A stretch of DNA of 64,000 nt from Lama guanicoe (Eukaryota), in the NCBI GenBank assembly GCA_013239625.1, contig MU056000.1:11855175-11919174 (forward strand), given 5' to 3'. The first letter of the stretch is position 1. Every line of letters begins with the position of its first letter. Position numbers and translations under genes: made by a program. Below the pieces are notes generated by a model that did not search any database, was not told the origin of the DNA, and saw only the letters and a list, made by a program, of their open reading frames with translations. This document shows, piece by piece, positions 25,877 through 38,100 of this stretch.

Positions 25877-26729
25877 TTGAGAATCCACACATCTAACTCT
25901 CTCTTCCCCCCAAATATAATGAACAATTGGACTTTAAATTGCAGGCAACAGTCATGAACAGAAAGATAGAAGCCACTGGTTCAAATCTGGGATCCTGTAA
26001 ATCTGGTTGAAAGGCAAAAGATAGCAAAGATGTTTCTGGATCCTGAGATGTCTGCCTTTTGTTCACGAGTGGAGAGAATTAATGAAATTGCATGCACTCC
26101 ACCCCAAGCGTGGTGCTGGCACAGAATCACTTGGTAAGGCCCGCAGTCCATCACGCCGAAGTCTGAACACTGAATGATATTTTGTAAATCGTGTGGCATC
26201 AAAACCTGGCCTGGACAGACGGGAGGCTACTTCTAGACTTGGTGAGAGTGGAATCGGCCCTCTCTAGAAATAGTCACGTGTGACCCCTCCCCTTCCTTTC
26301 CTGGCCGTCACTGGACAGTCTGGGATAAAGGCTGCTTGATCAGGCGGCCTCTGTGTGTCAGCACCTGTTAGGCACCTTGTCACCTGGCTTTGGGGTTGCC
26401 TGCAGGGGTCAGTATCTGACCCTATTTCAAATGAGGAATCTGGGACACAGAGAAACAAGTAACTTAGTGAAACTCAAGAACTACCAAGTGTAGAACCGGG
26501 CTGGCTTCCCAGTCTCTGACCCCACAAGGTAATGCTCCTTCTACACACCAGGCCCAGATTTAAGTGAGGAAACACCATTTTTTAGGGAAAGGCATCTCCC
26601 TTGCGTACTGAGAGACAGGAAAGTGTATGGCAATGTGGATTCTCAAAGTGTGATCCAGGGAACCCTGGGTGTCACCAAGAACTTCTCAAGGGGCTTGCAA
26701 AATCAAAGCTATTTTGATAATATTAAGAT

Positions 26730-27326
26730 TTCTGGGCATATATCCAGAAGGAACCCTACTTCAAAAAGACACCTGCACCCCAATGTTCATAGCAGCACTA
26801 TTTACGATAGCCAAGACATGCAAACAGCCTAAATGTCCGTCAACAAACAGATGACTGGATAAAGATGCAGTATATTTATACAGTGGAATACTATTCAGCC
26901 ATAAACACCAACAACATAACGCCATTTGCAGCAACATGGATGTCCCTGGAGAATGTCATTCTAAGTGAAGTAAGCCAGAAAGAGAAAGAAAAATACCATA
27001 TGAGATCACTCATATGTCGAATCTAAAAAACAAAAACAAACAAACAAACAAACAAGTCTAAATACAGGACAGAAATAGACTCATAGACATAGAATACAGA
27101 CTTGTGGTTGCCAGGGGGGCGGAGGGTGGGAAGGGATAGACTGGGATTTCAAAATTGTAGGATAGATAAACAAGATTATACTGTATAGCACAGGGAATCA
27201 CAGAGGAAAAAATGTGATAATGAGAGTGTGTATGTCCATGTATGACTGAAAAATTGTGCTGAACACTAGAACTTGATACGACATTGTAAAATGACTATAA
27301 ATCAATAAAAAATGTTAAAAAAAAAA
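26730..27326 (+). mobile_element. Young lineage-specific LINE-1 3' end (~600 bp, camelid-like) with A tail, abutting a hAT/Charlie fragment at ~26635..26729
   Basis: ORF2 C-terminus (LGIYPEGTLLQKDTCTPMFIAALFTIAKTCKQPKCPS), 3'UTR, aaatcaataaaaaatgttaaaaaaaaaa. Confidence 0.92.
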
Positions 27327-27399
27327 GTGGTAAGTAGAAGCCAAAATGCCACCTGTGCAAAGGCTTGATGGTGCGATGGCGAGGTGTGTCGATCACTAC

Positions 27400-27915
27400 T
27401 GCTGTGCACGCAGGGGTGTCACAGCTCGTTTATTGTGCTCGCAGCTCCTGAGGGCCAGGGATCTGGGAAAGGCTCACCTGGGCAGGTCTGGTTAGGATCT
27501 GTCACATGGTTGTGGTCAGATGTCAGTGGACAATGAAGTCATCTGAAGATTCAACTGGGCTGGACACGCAAGATGGTGACCTCAGATGCTGGCAGTTGGC
27601 TGCTGACTGGAACCTCAGCTGGGATTGTCAACCAGAGCCCCTACAGTGACCTTTGCACATAGCCCGGGTTTTTGTAAGCACAACCTCTTTGGGGATGTCA
27701 CACTTCTTACAAGGTCAGGGTCCAAGGAAGCAAGATAGGAGCTGAACTGCATTATGTGACTATCCCTGGAGTCAGTAGCACCACGAACACTGAATTTTAT
27801 TGGTTAAATCAAGTCAACTAAGGCCAGCCGAGCATCGAGGACAGGGGTGGTAGACCCCACCTCTCCATAGGAGCATCATCAAAGAATGAGCAGATCTGTT
27901 GCCAAGTTGCCATAC
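27400..27915 (+). mobile_element. MLT1-type (MaLR) LTR fragment
   Basis: gggccagggatctgggaaaggctcacctgggcagg, gactggaacctcagctggga, tagaccccacctctccataggagc. Confidence 0.6.
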
Positions 27916-28124
27916 AAGGTTAATAAAAAATACCTGTTTTCATTCTCTACTATCTCCAAAAGAATACAAAGGAGACAATATTGAACATACTGACCCGAGA
28001 AAGTCCCGTATAATCATACGGCACTTTTTTCCTAACTGTCCCCCGATCCTGCATAAGAGAAGAGTTTAGCTCAGCCCAGTTTGAGAAGAGGGACAAGAGG
28101 AAAGAGAGGAACCAGCAATTGCCA

Positions 28125-29920
28125 ACTGCATTTCCAACACTGTTGCCTTATGACAGGTCCCGTTACCTTGGGGTTTTACTCTATTCGGTTATAAGCGAGG
28201 CTACTGTAACAGAAACTCCACAACACAGTGGCTTCAGTGTATGTCTCATAATGGTCCAGCCAGCTTGGGTGGCAGGGCAACTCTACTTGGTGATGTCATT
28301 TGGAGACCCAGGTTCCTCCCTTGCCATCACTCGACCATTCTCTAAGGTGTTACCCTCACCTGCATGTGTGAGTGTAGCAACACCCCACCTCCAGCTGGTG
28401 AGAGGAAAAACAGGCAGAGTCTAAAAATGCAGCTTGTCTCCAAGTCGGAGAGGATCTCCACTTAGGTTGACCCCAACCTCTGTGCACATCTATTGGCCTT
28501 AGTTTAGTCACCTGATCACACCCTGCTGCACGGGAGGCTGGGAAGGATAGTCTGGCTGGGAAGCCCTGGGCACAAGAAGAAAGGACAGACCTACAAAAGA
28601 ACAGTCTGCCCCACAAATAATCAATAAACTATTATTCTAACATTGAAATGTTTGCAGCATTAACAAGCTAATCAAATCTTCCTTATCTCGATCAGTTTCG
28701 GTGTCATAAATGATTAACGTACCAAATGCAAATGCATCTAAATCAAATGACAGGTACTCTTCAAAGCCCTTGTAAATGTCTCTAGAACTGCCAGCAAGTC
28801 CCTTGCAAAAAGTCTGCCCAGTGAGTTGGAAACACAGCAATTACCTGGTCTCCTACATATAAATTACTGTGAATTCTGAATTAATCATGTCCAATGGGAT
28901 TCTAACAGTTTATAAAAACTCAAACGGAGGAAAGCAAATTAAAACTAAGAATCCACCAATGACCAAAATCGGTTGAGGGCAGAATATGTTCACGTTCTAG
29001 GCAAGGAAAGGTGATATTTTCTTTCACCTGATAGCATTTATGTTAACTATGTGTGCATCATGTAACATCGATGTAAATATTAAGAGTCCATGTATTTCTA
29101 GACGTAGAACAAGATTCTTTCACATCTGCTACAAACATAAGGGGCTTGAATAGACATTTATAGTGCCGCTGAGTGTCCACTTTAGGATGGGGTGCCTCTG
29201 AGAGTTGTGTGTGAACATGTTGCAGCATAAAGGATGTTGGAACAGAAATCTTTAGCTCCCCTTTTGTTGTCTCCTTACAAAAGTTACTGAACTTCCCTAA
29301 ATCTATTTTCTCATCTGTGAAATAGGAATGCTCTCTACACCCCACAGTGGAGAAACAAAAAAATGGCACAATAAAGCACTTCATGCTCCATAAAACAGCG
29401 ACTCGTAATCCACAAAGCAGAAAGAGGGCATGGACCCTGCCTGCAGTCTGCAGGGAGGCTGTGCCACCAATCAGGAGAGCTGCCTGGGCTTCGGTAAAAA
29501 TCACAGACAGGGAACAAGATTCTGTTCACTCACTTTTGATCCCATCTTGATGTCTCAACCAGAGACAGATGGATCAACTTGTGAGGGCCATCTGATCCCA
29601 GATTTGCTCCCAGGAGGAAAGATCTCACGCAAGTCCTGGTCAGCCTGGCAGCAGCGCTAACGTGGTAACTGGTACGGAAGCTTGAGCAGGATGACTTCGG
29701 TACCTGCTGTAAGTTTAGACCACTAACTATCTCAGAGAGAATAACTGTTAGGAATGATTGATAAGAATCAAATTTAGAATTGATTTAGTAAAAAGATTTA
29801 ACTGGGGAGTCATTTGGATTAATTTCTGATTTAATTTAAAAAGTGAATCAAATTTGGAGGAAGAAAAGCACCGCGTTGACAATCTCCTGTAAGTCATGCA
29901 ATTCAAAATGACCAAGTGTG
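28125..29920 (+). repeat. Inverted repeat, left arm, ancient inner segment (pairs with ~46340..48290; ~70-80% identity by eye)
   Basis: Colinear reverse-complement anchors: ggggttttactctatt.ggttataag.gaggctactgtaacagaa (28170 / ~48240), tgtatttctaga..tagaacaagatt (29091 / ~47215), exact aagtttagaccactaa (29711 / 46544). Confidence 0.88.
28150..28615 (-). mobile_element. Old ERVL-class LTR (LTR16/LTR33/LTR67-like); mirror copy at ~47680..48260
   Basis: Minus strand ttcccagcctcccgtgcagcagggtgtgatcaggtgactaaactaaggccaatagatgtg motif. Confidence 0.55.
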
Positions 29921-31892
29921 ACAGTAAGGATGAGGCAGCTTTCCCTCCGCTCTAAGCTGGTTGGCTGTTTGGCAGGTTCTGCCCCTTCTCCAGTGTGATC
30001 GGCATGAGACGCCAGGAAAAGGACATGTACCCCTGAAAGACCAAAAAGGGAGGAGGGCTGACAGCAAGGAACTATGTGGGAACAGGCCAGGAGATCCCAG
30101 GAATGCCCACTGCAGAGGGCAGAGCATGGGGAGCAGCACACCCGGAGACAGAAAACAGAGACACACCAAAGCAGAGAAAGACAGCGGCGCCCAGCGTCAG
30201 CATTCCCACACTCTCCTGAACCACAAAGAAGTCCTCCCCGAAACAAGCTCATCTGTCACGTTTCTTGTTTTGTTTATTTGACACAGAAGGAACTGTTTAA
30301 ATCTCTTCTTTTTTGGCTTTCTCTCCCAAAGAGAATTTTACTCCAGAAAGGCAAATAAGCTGAATTTTCTAAAGTGGTGATGTGGATAGAAGTGAGATAG
30401 AGGACTGCATCACAAACTTAACTGAGAACAAAGAGGTGTCTCTAGAAGCCTGGGAAGAAGTAGACAATAAATAAACGGAGGCAGGTTTTTGTAAATCAGC
30501 GAACCTACTGTCCTCTCTGCCACCTACAGGTAAAAAGACCTCAGAGTTAAAAGGGTATATATGCACAAATGAGACACACTAACAGTGCTGGGCTGGTGCA
30601 GAAAGGGGGTCAGAGAGGAGGGAGCGTCGGCTGCGTGGAGAGGTAAGCGCCCTGTGGGGACCCGCACCGTGGGCGCCCCCCCAGCAGTCAGAAGCAATGA
30701 ACTAGGCAGATCCAGCTGAATGAAAAAATACTCAATGAAAAATAAAACTGACAAGAGCTATAGCATAGTATTCTGTACATTCAGTGAAGTATAAATTCAT
30801 AATATACCTCATGACACACAGTGTATCATTTCCCGGGGTATAGACTTAAAGATGGTCAGACACAAGAGGGTGGGTACTTGTGTGACTCGGATGCCAAAAA
30901 ACAGGATGAAGGAATAAAATCAGGAGCAGGGAGCCCTCCAGTGTCGCACAGCGAGCCTGTGCACTGAGGAGACATGATTAATTCAATTTTGCATCCAAAA
31001 TTTAAAGAAAAAGACACGTCTCTAGCAAATGAGGGCTGGTGAACACAGGGTAAGGACAGGCACCATCTCCCGGCACCCTCAAACGCTCCTCAGACAGACC
31101 ACCGCGCTGCCCAGAGCATCCCCTCCTCAGTGGGGCACCTGTGCCCCCAGGGAGGCCTGGAGGCACTGACTTTGTGCTGGGGGCTGAGTGAGTGATGGGT
31201 CCTTGGCCGATTTCTTACTGACCTGGGAGGTAAAAAACACCGCATTCTATAGATTATAAAAACCAAGTCACGTTTCCCCAGGCAGAAAGCTAGCCCAGTG
31301 GGTTACACCTTCACGTTTGCCTTCATTCCCAGTAAACCCCGGCCTCCCCTAAACCACCTGAATGGAGAGTCTCTTCACAGACTGAACCCTGACATCATCC
31401 GCACATTTTACATGTGTTTTCTTCCTACCCTGAAGGCAGCACTGGGAACTGACCGTGAGCACACAGCACTGTCATCTCTGTGTGACCACACGGAGAAACC
31501 AAGACCCTTCACAGCAGGACCCGGACATGCTCTTTCACTTTGCCTGCATTTACTGAAAGTGCCCAGAGACGGTCACCACCTCGGGAGCCACGATACACCC
31601 CAGTGAGGGACATCCCACTTGGCTCCTCCAGAAGCTTCGAAGCGCCTTACGTAGGTCCCAGCGCCGGGACCTGTAGACATGTTCTTATGAAAGTGAAGCC
31701 AGGTGTGGAGGGACAGGTCGCTCAAGTCCCCCATCCTGTCCTGACAGCCCGACATCAGCTCCAGCCGAGACAACGAAGCAGCTCTCGGGAGCAGGGCAGG
31801 CCCATCCCAGCACACACAGCACTCACACTGTCAGAACAGGACCTTTCTACCCTGTTCAGAAATGACACGGGAGCGCCCAGGGGATTCTGCCC

Positions 31893-31898
31893 TTTATT
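31893..31898 (-). terminator. Candidate polyadenylation signal AATAAA of the ZNF622-like gene
   Basis: tttatt on the + strand, ~130 nt downstream of the stop codon; first canonical hexamer seen after the CDS. Confidence 0.7.
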
Positions 31899-32028
31899 AT
31901 GGGGACGAGCAGATGAAGTACGGGGAGAAACAGCAGCAAAGGGGCCCGCCGTCTAACCCGGCTTCCGGGGTCCTCAGGCGGGGAGGCCGCGTGCGCGGGA
32001 GGCAGACGAGGACTCGAGCCCTGGCGAC

Positions 32029-32156
32029 TCAGAACAGCACCTGTGGCCTGAAGTGCTTCTGCCTGATGGCGTTGTTCTGCATCCCCATCTTCAGTATCCA
32101 CTTTGCCTTCATCCTCTGGACGTACTGCATATCCCGCTGGCGCATGAGCGCCGCTC
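32029..32156 (-). CDS. ZNF622: ZNF622-like exon 6, coding part (C-terminal tail)
   Basis: Acceptor ccacccctAG|; (G)AALMRQRDMQYVQRMKAKWILKMGMQNNAIRQKHFRPQVLF then TGA at 32031..32029. Confidence 0.95.
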
Positions 32157-35100
32157 CTAGGGGTGGAAACGGGACAAGAAATGAGGCCAAGGTTTGTGAC
32201 TTGTGGTCACAGAAAACCCAATTCTGCAGAGAATCAGAGCTAGTCTGCAGTAACTGGGTTCCTAGAGATACAGAAGAGATATTATCTGGGTTCCCTATCC
32301 AGTGGGCCTTGGGGGGCTATGTGCACCTCAGAACTGCTCCCCTGAGCTCTCTGTATACATTTCTCTGGGATGAGCCTCTTTAGTTGTCATCATATCAAAA
32401 AGTCTATAAGGGCAAGATGAAGTCAGCGGGCTCACAGCTCACAGGGAGCCCTAGTGAAACCACGTGTATACAGACACAGCGGAAGCGACAGTGATTTCAG
32501 CGTCAGAGCTCCCCGGCCGTCAGCAGGCAGCTGCCCGCTCTCCCTCCACTGTCTCCAGTGGACTGACGTTCTCCTTGAAGGTAACAATGTCAGTAGCCTA
32601 CTCTATTCCTCTGACTCTTATCATTTTTATGGGGAAATTACAGAAAGAAGGACTGGTAGCTTTTATTACATGCATGTGCTGTGTCATCCTGCTTTATGAC
32701 ATCCCACCGGCCCAGGCCCCGTTATCATCTCCTCCATTTAATAAGTGAGACAACAGAGGCTTTGATTGGATAAATTACTCATACCAATAAGAACATCAGG
32801 TAAGTCATGCTGACTCCACAGCTCAAACTACTGCTGTGAGAATGCCATTCCATTCCTCTGGGAAACTTCCAGGAGGATTTCAACCTTGGATAATTACTAA
32901 ACAACTCACTTCATAACCTTTACCTCCTGAAAAAGTCAGTGGTATACATGCAGGTTTTAGAAAGTTGCTGTGCCACGAATAAGAAGTTTTTCCGTCATGG
33001 AGCTGGGGACTTATTGCCATAAACGCCTCAAGTGGTCACAGACGCCCCCAGAGCCAAGGTAAGTGTCCCCTGGGGAGGATCCTTAGGGACAAGGTCAGTA
33101 ACCACCCCTTCACCCAGGGCCCCTGAGGAACTGCAAGTCCCGGGGCTGCTCCGTGGCTGTCCCCGTGTCGCCGCACCTGTGCTCCCGGTCCAGCCCAGGG
33201 CTCTGTACTGCTGCAGGACCCGGCCCACCGCCTTCTGGTTCTTAGCAACGGCCACGGCTCTGGACAAGCCAAACCGCTGTTTGTAGTATCTCATCAGGGA
33301 GCGATGACCCACTCTGGCACCTGTTTTTCAAAACAGCAACGTTGAAGCACCGAGCTGGAACTCTCTCAAGGCAGAGCTATGAAGCTAGGGCTTTCCCAGT
33401 CAGACTTCTCACGTTTATCCAGCTGGAAAATGCATGTGTCGGAAGAAACAGTGCTCTACCCACTGAAGAAAGACGAGGCCGCGTGTTAAACAATGAAAGA
33501 AAAAGAAAACCAAAGAGCAGAGAGATTTAAGAAAAGGGACCATGGCAAGTCACTGTCAAGTGAAAAACTCAGCGTCTGTACTTTCTTGTTCTATAAAAGA
33601 GCCTCCCCAGAAATGCACAAGCCGCCCCCACTAACACCTGCAACAGGGCCCTAGGGGTAAGGAGTCTCAACGTTTTAATAGAAAAAAGATTAAGCACAGA
33701 GAACGGCCCTGATGTTTAGGTCTACCAGCCACAGTCTGGGTCCAGAAGGGGAACCAATCCACTTTTCCTTGGCTTACAGTCTCTAGCGCAGTGGTTCTCA
33801 AACAGCGACTATCTTATCCCCAGGGGACATGTGGCAATGGCTGGAGGGAGGCTCCCAGCACCAAGTGGGCAGAGGCCAGGGATGTGGCTAAAATCATACC
33901 ACGCACAGGACAGCCTCCACAGCAAAGGGTTATCTGCCCAAAATGTCTACAGTGCTGAGGCGGAGAACCCCTGCCCTACTGCTCCTAAATGAGGGAAGGC
34001 ACCTAGGGAACCATATCTGGAAAAGATGGCTAAGCTTGATTCTCCCTACAGCTTTTACTTATTGACAAGGATCTGCTACAACCTTGCTGGTCATTCATGC
34101 TTTCAGAAATGAGTTCTCTGGACTAACTGCTGTTTTACAGGAAAGTGTGCTGACCCGTGGATCTTAGCCTCACAGCAGATGAAAAGTGAAGGATGCAGTC
34201 TTCAGTGATGACTAACTCCAGGCTCCAGCAGAGCAGTGGCTCTCAAAAAGTGGTCCAGGGCCACTGGCATCAGCATCACCTGAGAGCTTACTAAACACAG
34301 GCTATGCTTTCCCAAGAACGTGTATTAGGACATAAGCAATCAAACACACGCCCAGACAGACAGAAACATGTAGAAACTTACAACAGAACATACACCAGGT
34401 ACGGAACAGTTACTGCCACTGAAAATGAAGAAAGGAAATACGGCCAGGTAGAACCACGTGTACAGCTTCTATGGAAGTTCCACGCTTACATATACAGAAT
34501 CATTTCTTTCATAGTCTTTTGAGTAGAAAGGCCATGTCTAGCATACTGTAAATATTGTAGATGGCTATACTTGCTTTTAGAATCTAGATTCTTTTTTTAA
34601 TTGAAGTAGGATCTAGATTTCTAAGTTATGCGACAAAATGCTGTCAGGTTATCTCGTTTTAAGTCCCTATTCCTGGCAAGCCACCTGAGACACAGTCTGC
34701 TTGCTACACAGATAGGCAAAAGTAGTTCCTTTTAGTTGATTCTTTTGTGATCAGACGCAAGACTTGACAAAAAGAAATTTTCAATTCAAAGATGATTGGC
34801 CTTTGGATACTGATATGGATGAAAAGATGTTTCCCTGGACCAGACTGCCGTGGCACCGTAAGGGTTAACAAAGCTCCTAGATCACAAGAGGTGAGTGAGA
34901 TTCCACTGGTGGGTGAGGACTCACGTGTAAATGGCGGCTCCGGCAGCAAAGCCCAGCACTCCTGACTATGACTTCCTATTTCTAACGTAGGTCAGGATGC
35001 TCCAGGTTTACACTGATTGCCTCAGAATCGTTCAGTGATATTGCTGGTCATTAGTCCTTAGATTGATTTATTTACATTTGTAAGCAGCATTTAGAAATAC

Positions 35101-38100
35101 ACGTTATTGAAAGTTGGCTTTTAAAATATGCTTGAAAAGGTTTCATTAATCAACACTATGGTTTCTGACACCTGGGAGGAGAAACGTACACATTCAGTGT
35201 TTACAGCTACTCCTGTCCTGTGGCAACGACCGTGAGCCCCCGACATTAAGCACCAAGTAGAACGTGCTAAGAACAGCTCACCCTGAAGCCCCTCATCAAG
35301 AAAAACTCGTTCCAGAGCACAGCGTGCCTGTCCATGGGTGACAGCTGGGTTATGTCTGAGCTGTGATGAAGCCATAACTTGTCCATCTGCCTTTCACTAC
35401 AGTAATAACCGCTTATAAGACTGTCCACTTCTACTTAACAAATAGCCTGACACTCGATGACGTTAGACAGTGAGAAAAAAAAAATCTCTAAATGTAATTC
35501 TCCTAAGAAGATTAATTATGTATCTCTCACAGATCCAGCAACAGATTCTTCTGGCCGGTTAGCAACTAACTGGATGTGCCTTCACACCAACTTGCTCCGC
35601 AGAACTGAAGAGCAAAGGAAAGAACCCAGCCAGACCAGAGTCTTCGAAAGGAGTGCTCACGGTGCCCTCTACCGGATGCTCTGTGTCACTGCCTCTGGGA
35701 TCACATATGGGACCTGAAGTTACTAGATTTAAACAATCACAAATACCAGTTGCTTTTGAAAACCAGTTGAACGCCTACTCTACTAACTGTCGTTGATTAA
35801 ATATCACTAAACTCTCCACATTAGAATCCTTCTCAAATTAGCTTCATGTTAACATCCACGCTGATCCACATAACTGAGCATAATCCAAGACGTTTCTGAA
35901 TGGTGAATTTGTTCAGACATAACCAGGTGACTGAATACACCGCTGTAATATCACTATACATGTTTATATAGAGAGCTCCCATTTTCTTGGTTTGTTATAA
36001 AACCCTCAAACCAGTATCGAGACACAGGAGCAAACCAATGGATGATAAACCATCATGTCTCAGAATCAAGACTGAGTTAAGGATGCCTGGTTTTTAAAAG
36101 CGGATGGTAAAAGAGTATGTAACTGTTGTGAAGAAATTTCACAACATTGGTAGTTTCAAGCTATGCTTTTTTTGCTGTTTAAACGAATTCTATTATAAGG
36201 TCTCAGTAGTCGGTCATCTGTGAAGACGCAGGAAGGCAGTGAACGACTGATGTATTTGCAGGTATTCTTCTTGGCTCTTAATCTTCTCCAGGTCACAGAT
36301 GCTTTTCAGAAACTCTGGCCTTTCCCCAGAAAAAAAAAAAGCACTCACCCACACAGTCAGATGAATCCGTGTGGCCACACTCGTGACTTTACGGCACTAT
36401 GGCCTTTCCCCAGAAGAATATGCACACACTCAGAAAAAAATGTGCACAGCATAGTTCTGAAGCCTGGGGTAAGGCAGTGTCAGGCTGTTGGTTACAACTT
36501 GCCAGAGTCTGTCTGTCTAAAAGTACAATATTCCCCAGTATTCTCACTACTTCCACGTCTCCCCCAAGCGCTGTCCTGAGGTTATCACCCACAAGCATGC
36601 CTCGGAACGTGGACCTGCAGCTGTGAGCAAGGCAATTCGCTGGACTTTCAGGTTAATGCCATGCCACTTTCTTCTTTGACTGTATGAGGAAAAGGCAGAG
36701 CGACGTGCTGCCCGGGATGGCAGGCCAATGTGATTCTCAGCCCCTGAGGGCACACTGTCACTCGGGGTGGGGGGGGCCTTCTGCCCTGCCTGTCCTGTCG
36801 TGTGGCAGCCCTGGGGAATCAACCTTGCTTTCCTTTTAAAAGTCGCCTCCAACATTTCAGTCGCTCAGTTAACAGACATTTATGTGGCTCCTGTGTGTCT
36901 GAGACACTGTGCTGAGAGGAAAGAAGCCAGCTTTGTCCTCACAGTAACGGGGGAGACAGGCAAGCCAGCCAACAGCTTCAAAGGAGTGACAGCCAGGTCA
37001 CGACAGATGTGCAAGTGTCGCAGGAGCAGAGGAGACCACAAAGGCTGCCAGATGGGTAAGCCCGCCGTGAGCTTCAGAGGAGGAGGAGGGCAGAGGCAGC
37101 ACACAAGCCAAGGCCCAGGGGAGGGAAACTGCATGTGGGTGGCTGAGGGAGGAGCACCAGACACCTGGGGGACCAGCAGCGGCAGAAGCGCTCCCCCTGG
37201 GAATCTCGGAAGGAAAAGAAAATAGACTGGTGTTTGTTTTCAGAAAGGCTGCTCTCGTGGTCAAGTGGAAACCAGACTGGAGATGGCCAGACGCGAGGCT
37301 TTCGTGGTGACACAGACAAATGGATAAGGGGAAAAAAAAAGAAAAAAAATATTCAGAAGCCATTTAGGAATTGCAATTAGTCACCATCTGGCTGTGGGGG
37401 AGGGAGAGAGGGTCCTGAGAAGACACTCAGCTTGGGGCCTTGGCAAACCTAGGAAACTCAATCACTCTGGGAAAATGTGTGTTTTCTGGAGAGCTTATGG
37501 CCTTGAAGTTTCAGAAATTTTAAGTCCAGATGAAAATTTCTCTCCAACAGACTGTATTTCATAAATAGGACATGCTCATTGTTGAGCAGACTTTTGTAAT
37601 CAAACATGCAAAAGTGGCTGCGAAACGCAGCCCATGGTCATAGTGACCTTGCTGCCTGCCAGAGCTGCTTTACAGGGCAGGACCCATCTCCTTCACCTTC
37701 TCAAGGTCTCCTGCAATCTTATTCTATAGTGAAGCTGATGAAACCCGGGACTAAACAGTCTTAAAAGAAATTATCAAACTTCTTTCTGAGGTTCTGCATT
37801 GCTAAATTTCACCAGACGAAAACATGAGTAAGTCCTCTGTGATATATTTAAGCTTGTTTAGCTACTGTGTATCGTACAGGCTACAATATTCTGCTGCACT
37901 ATATTCCTATACAGGGCTGTCTGTACCTAAGCTGGTATTCCATGTGGACAGCAGCACCTCAGGGTGACTTCTTCACGGCAAATGTCTCCACTGACAGCAT
38001 GGCTGCTCCTGCCCCCAACATTACTGCAAATCTCCCAGGCTTTGAAAGGAAGTGGGAAAAGGACCTTCACTGAGGAGGTCCATGACCTTGGGTAAATTAC

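Noticed and set aside
31862..32383. 173-aa plus-strand ORF
   Set aside because: Antisense shadow of exon 6 and its GC-rich UTR; no recognisable protein.
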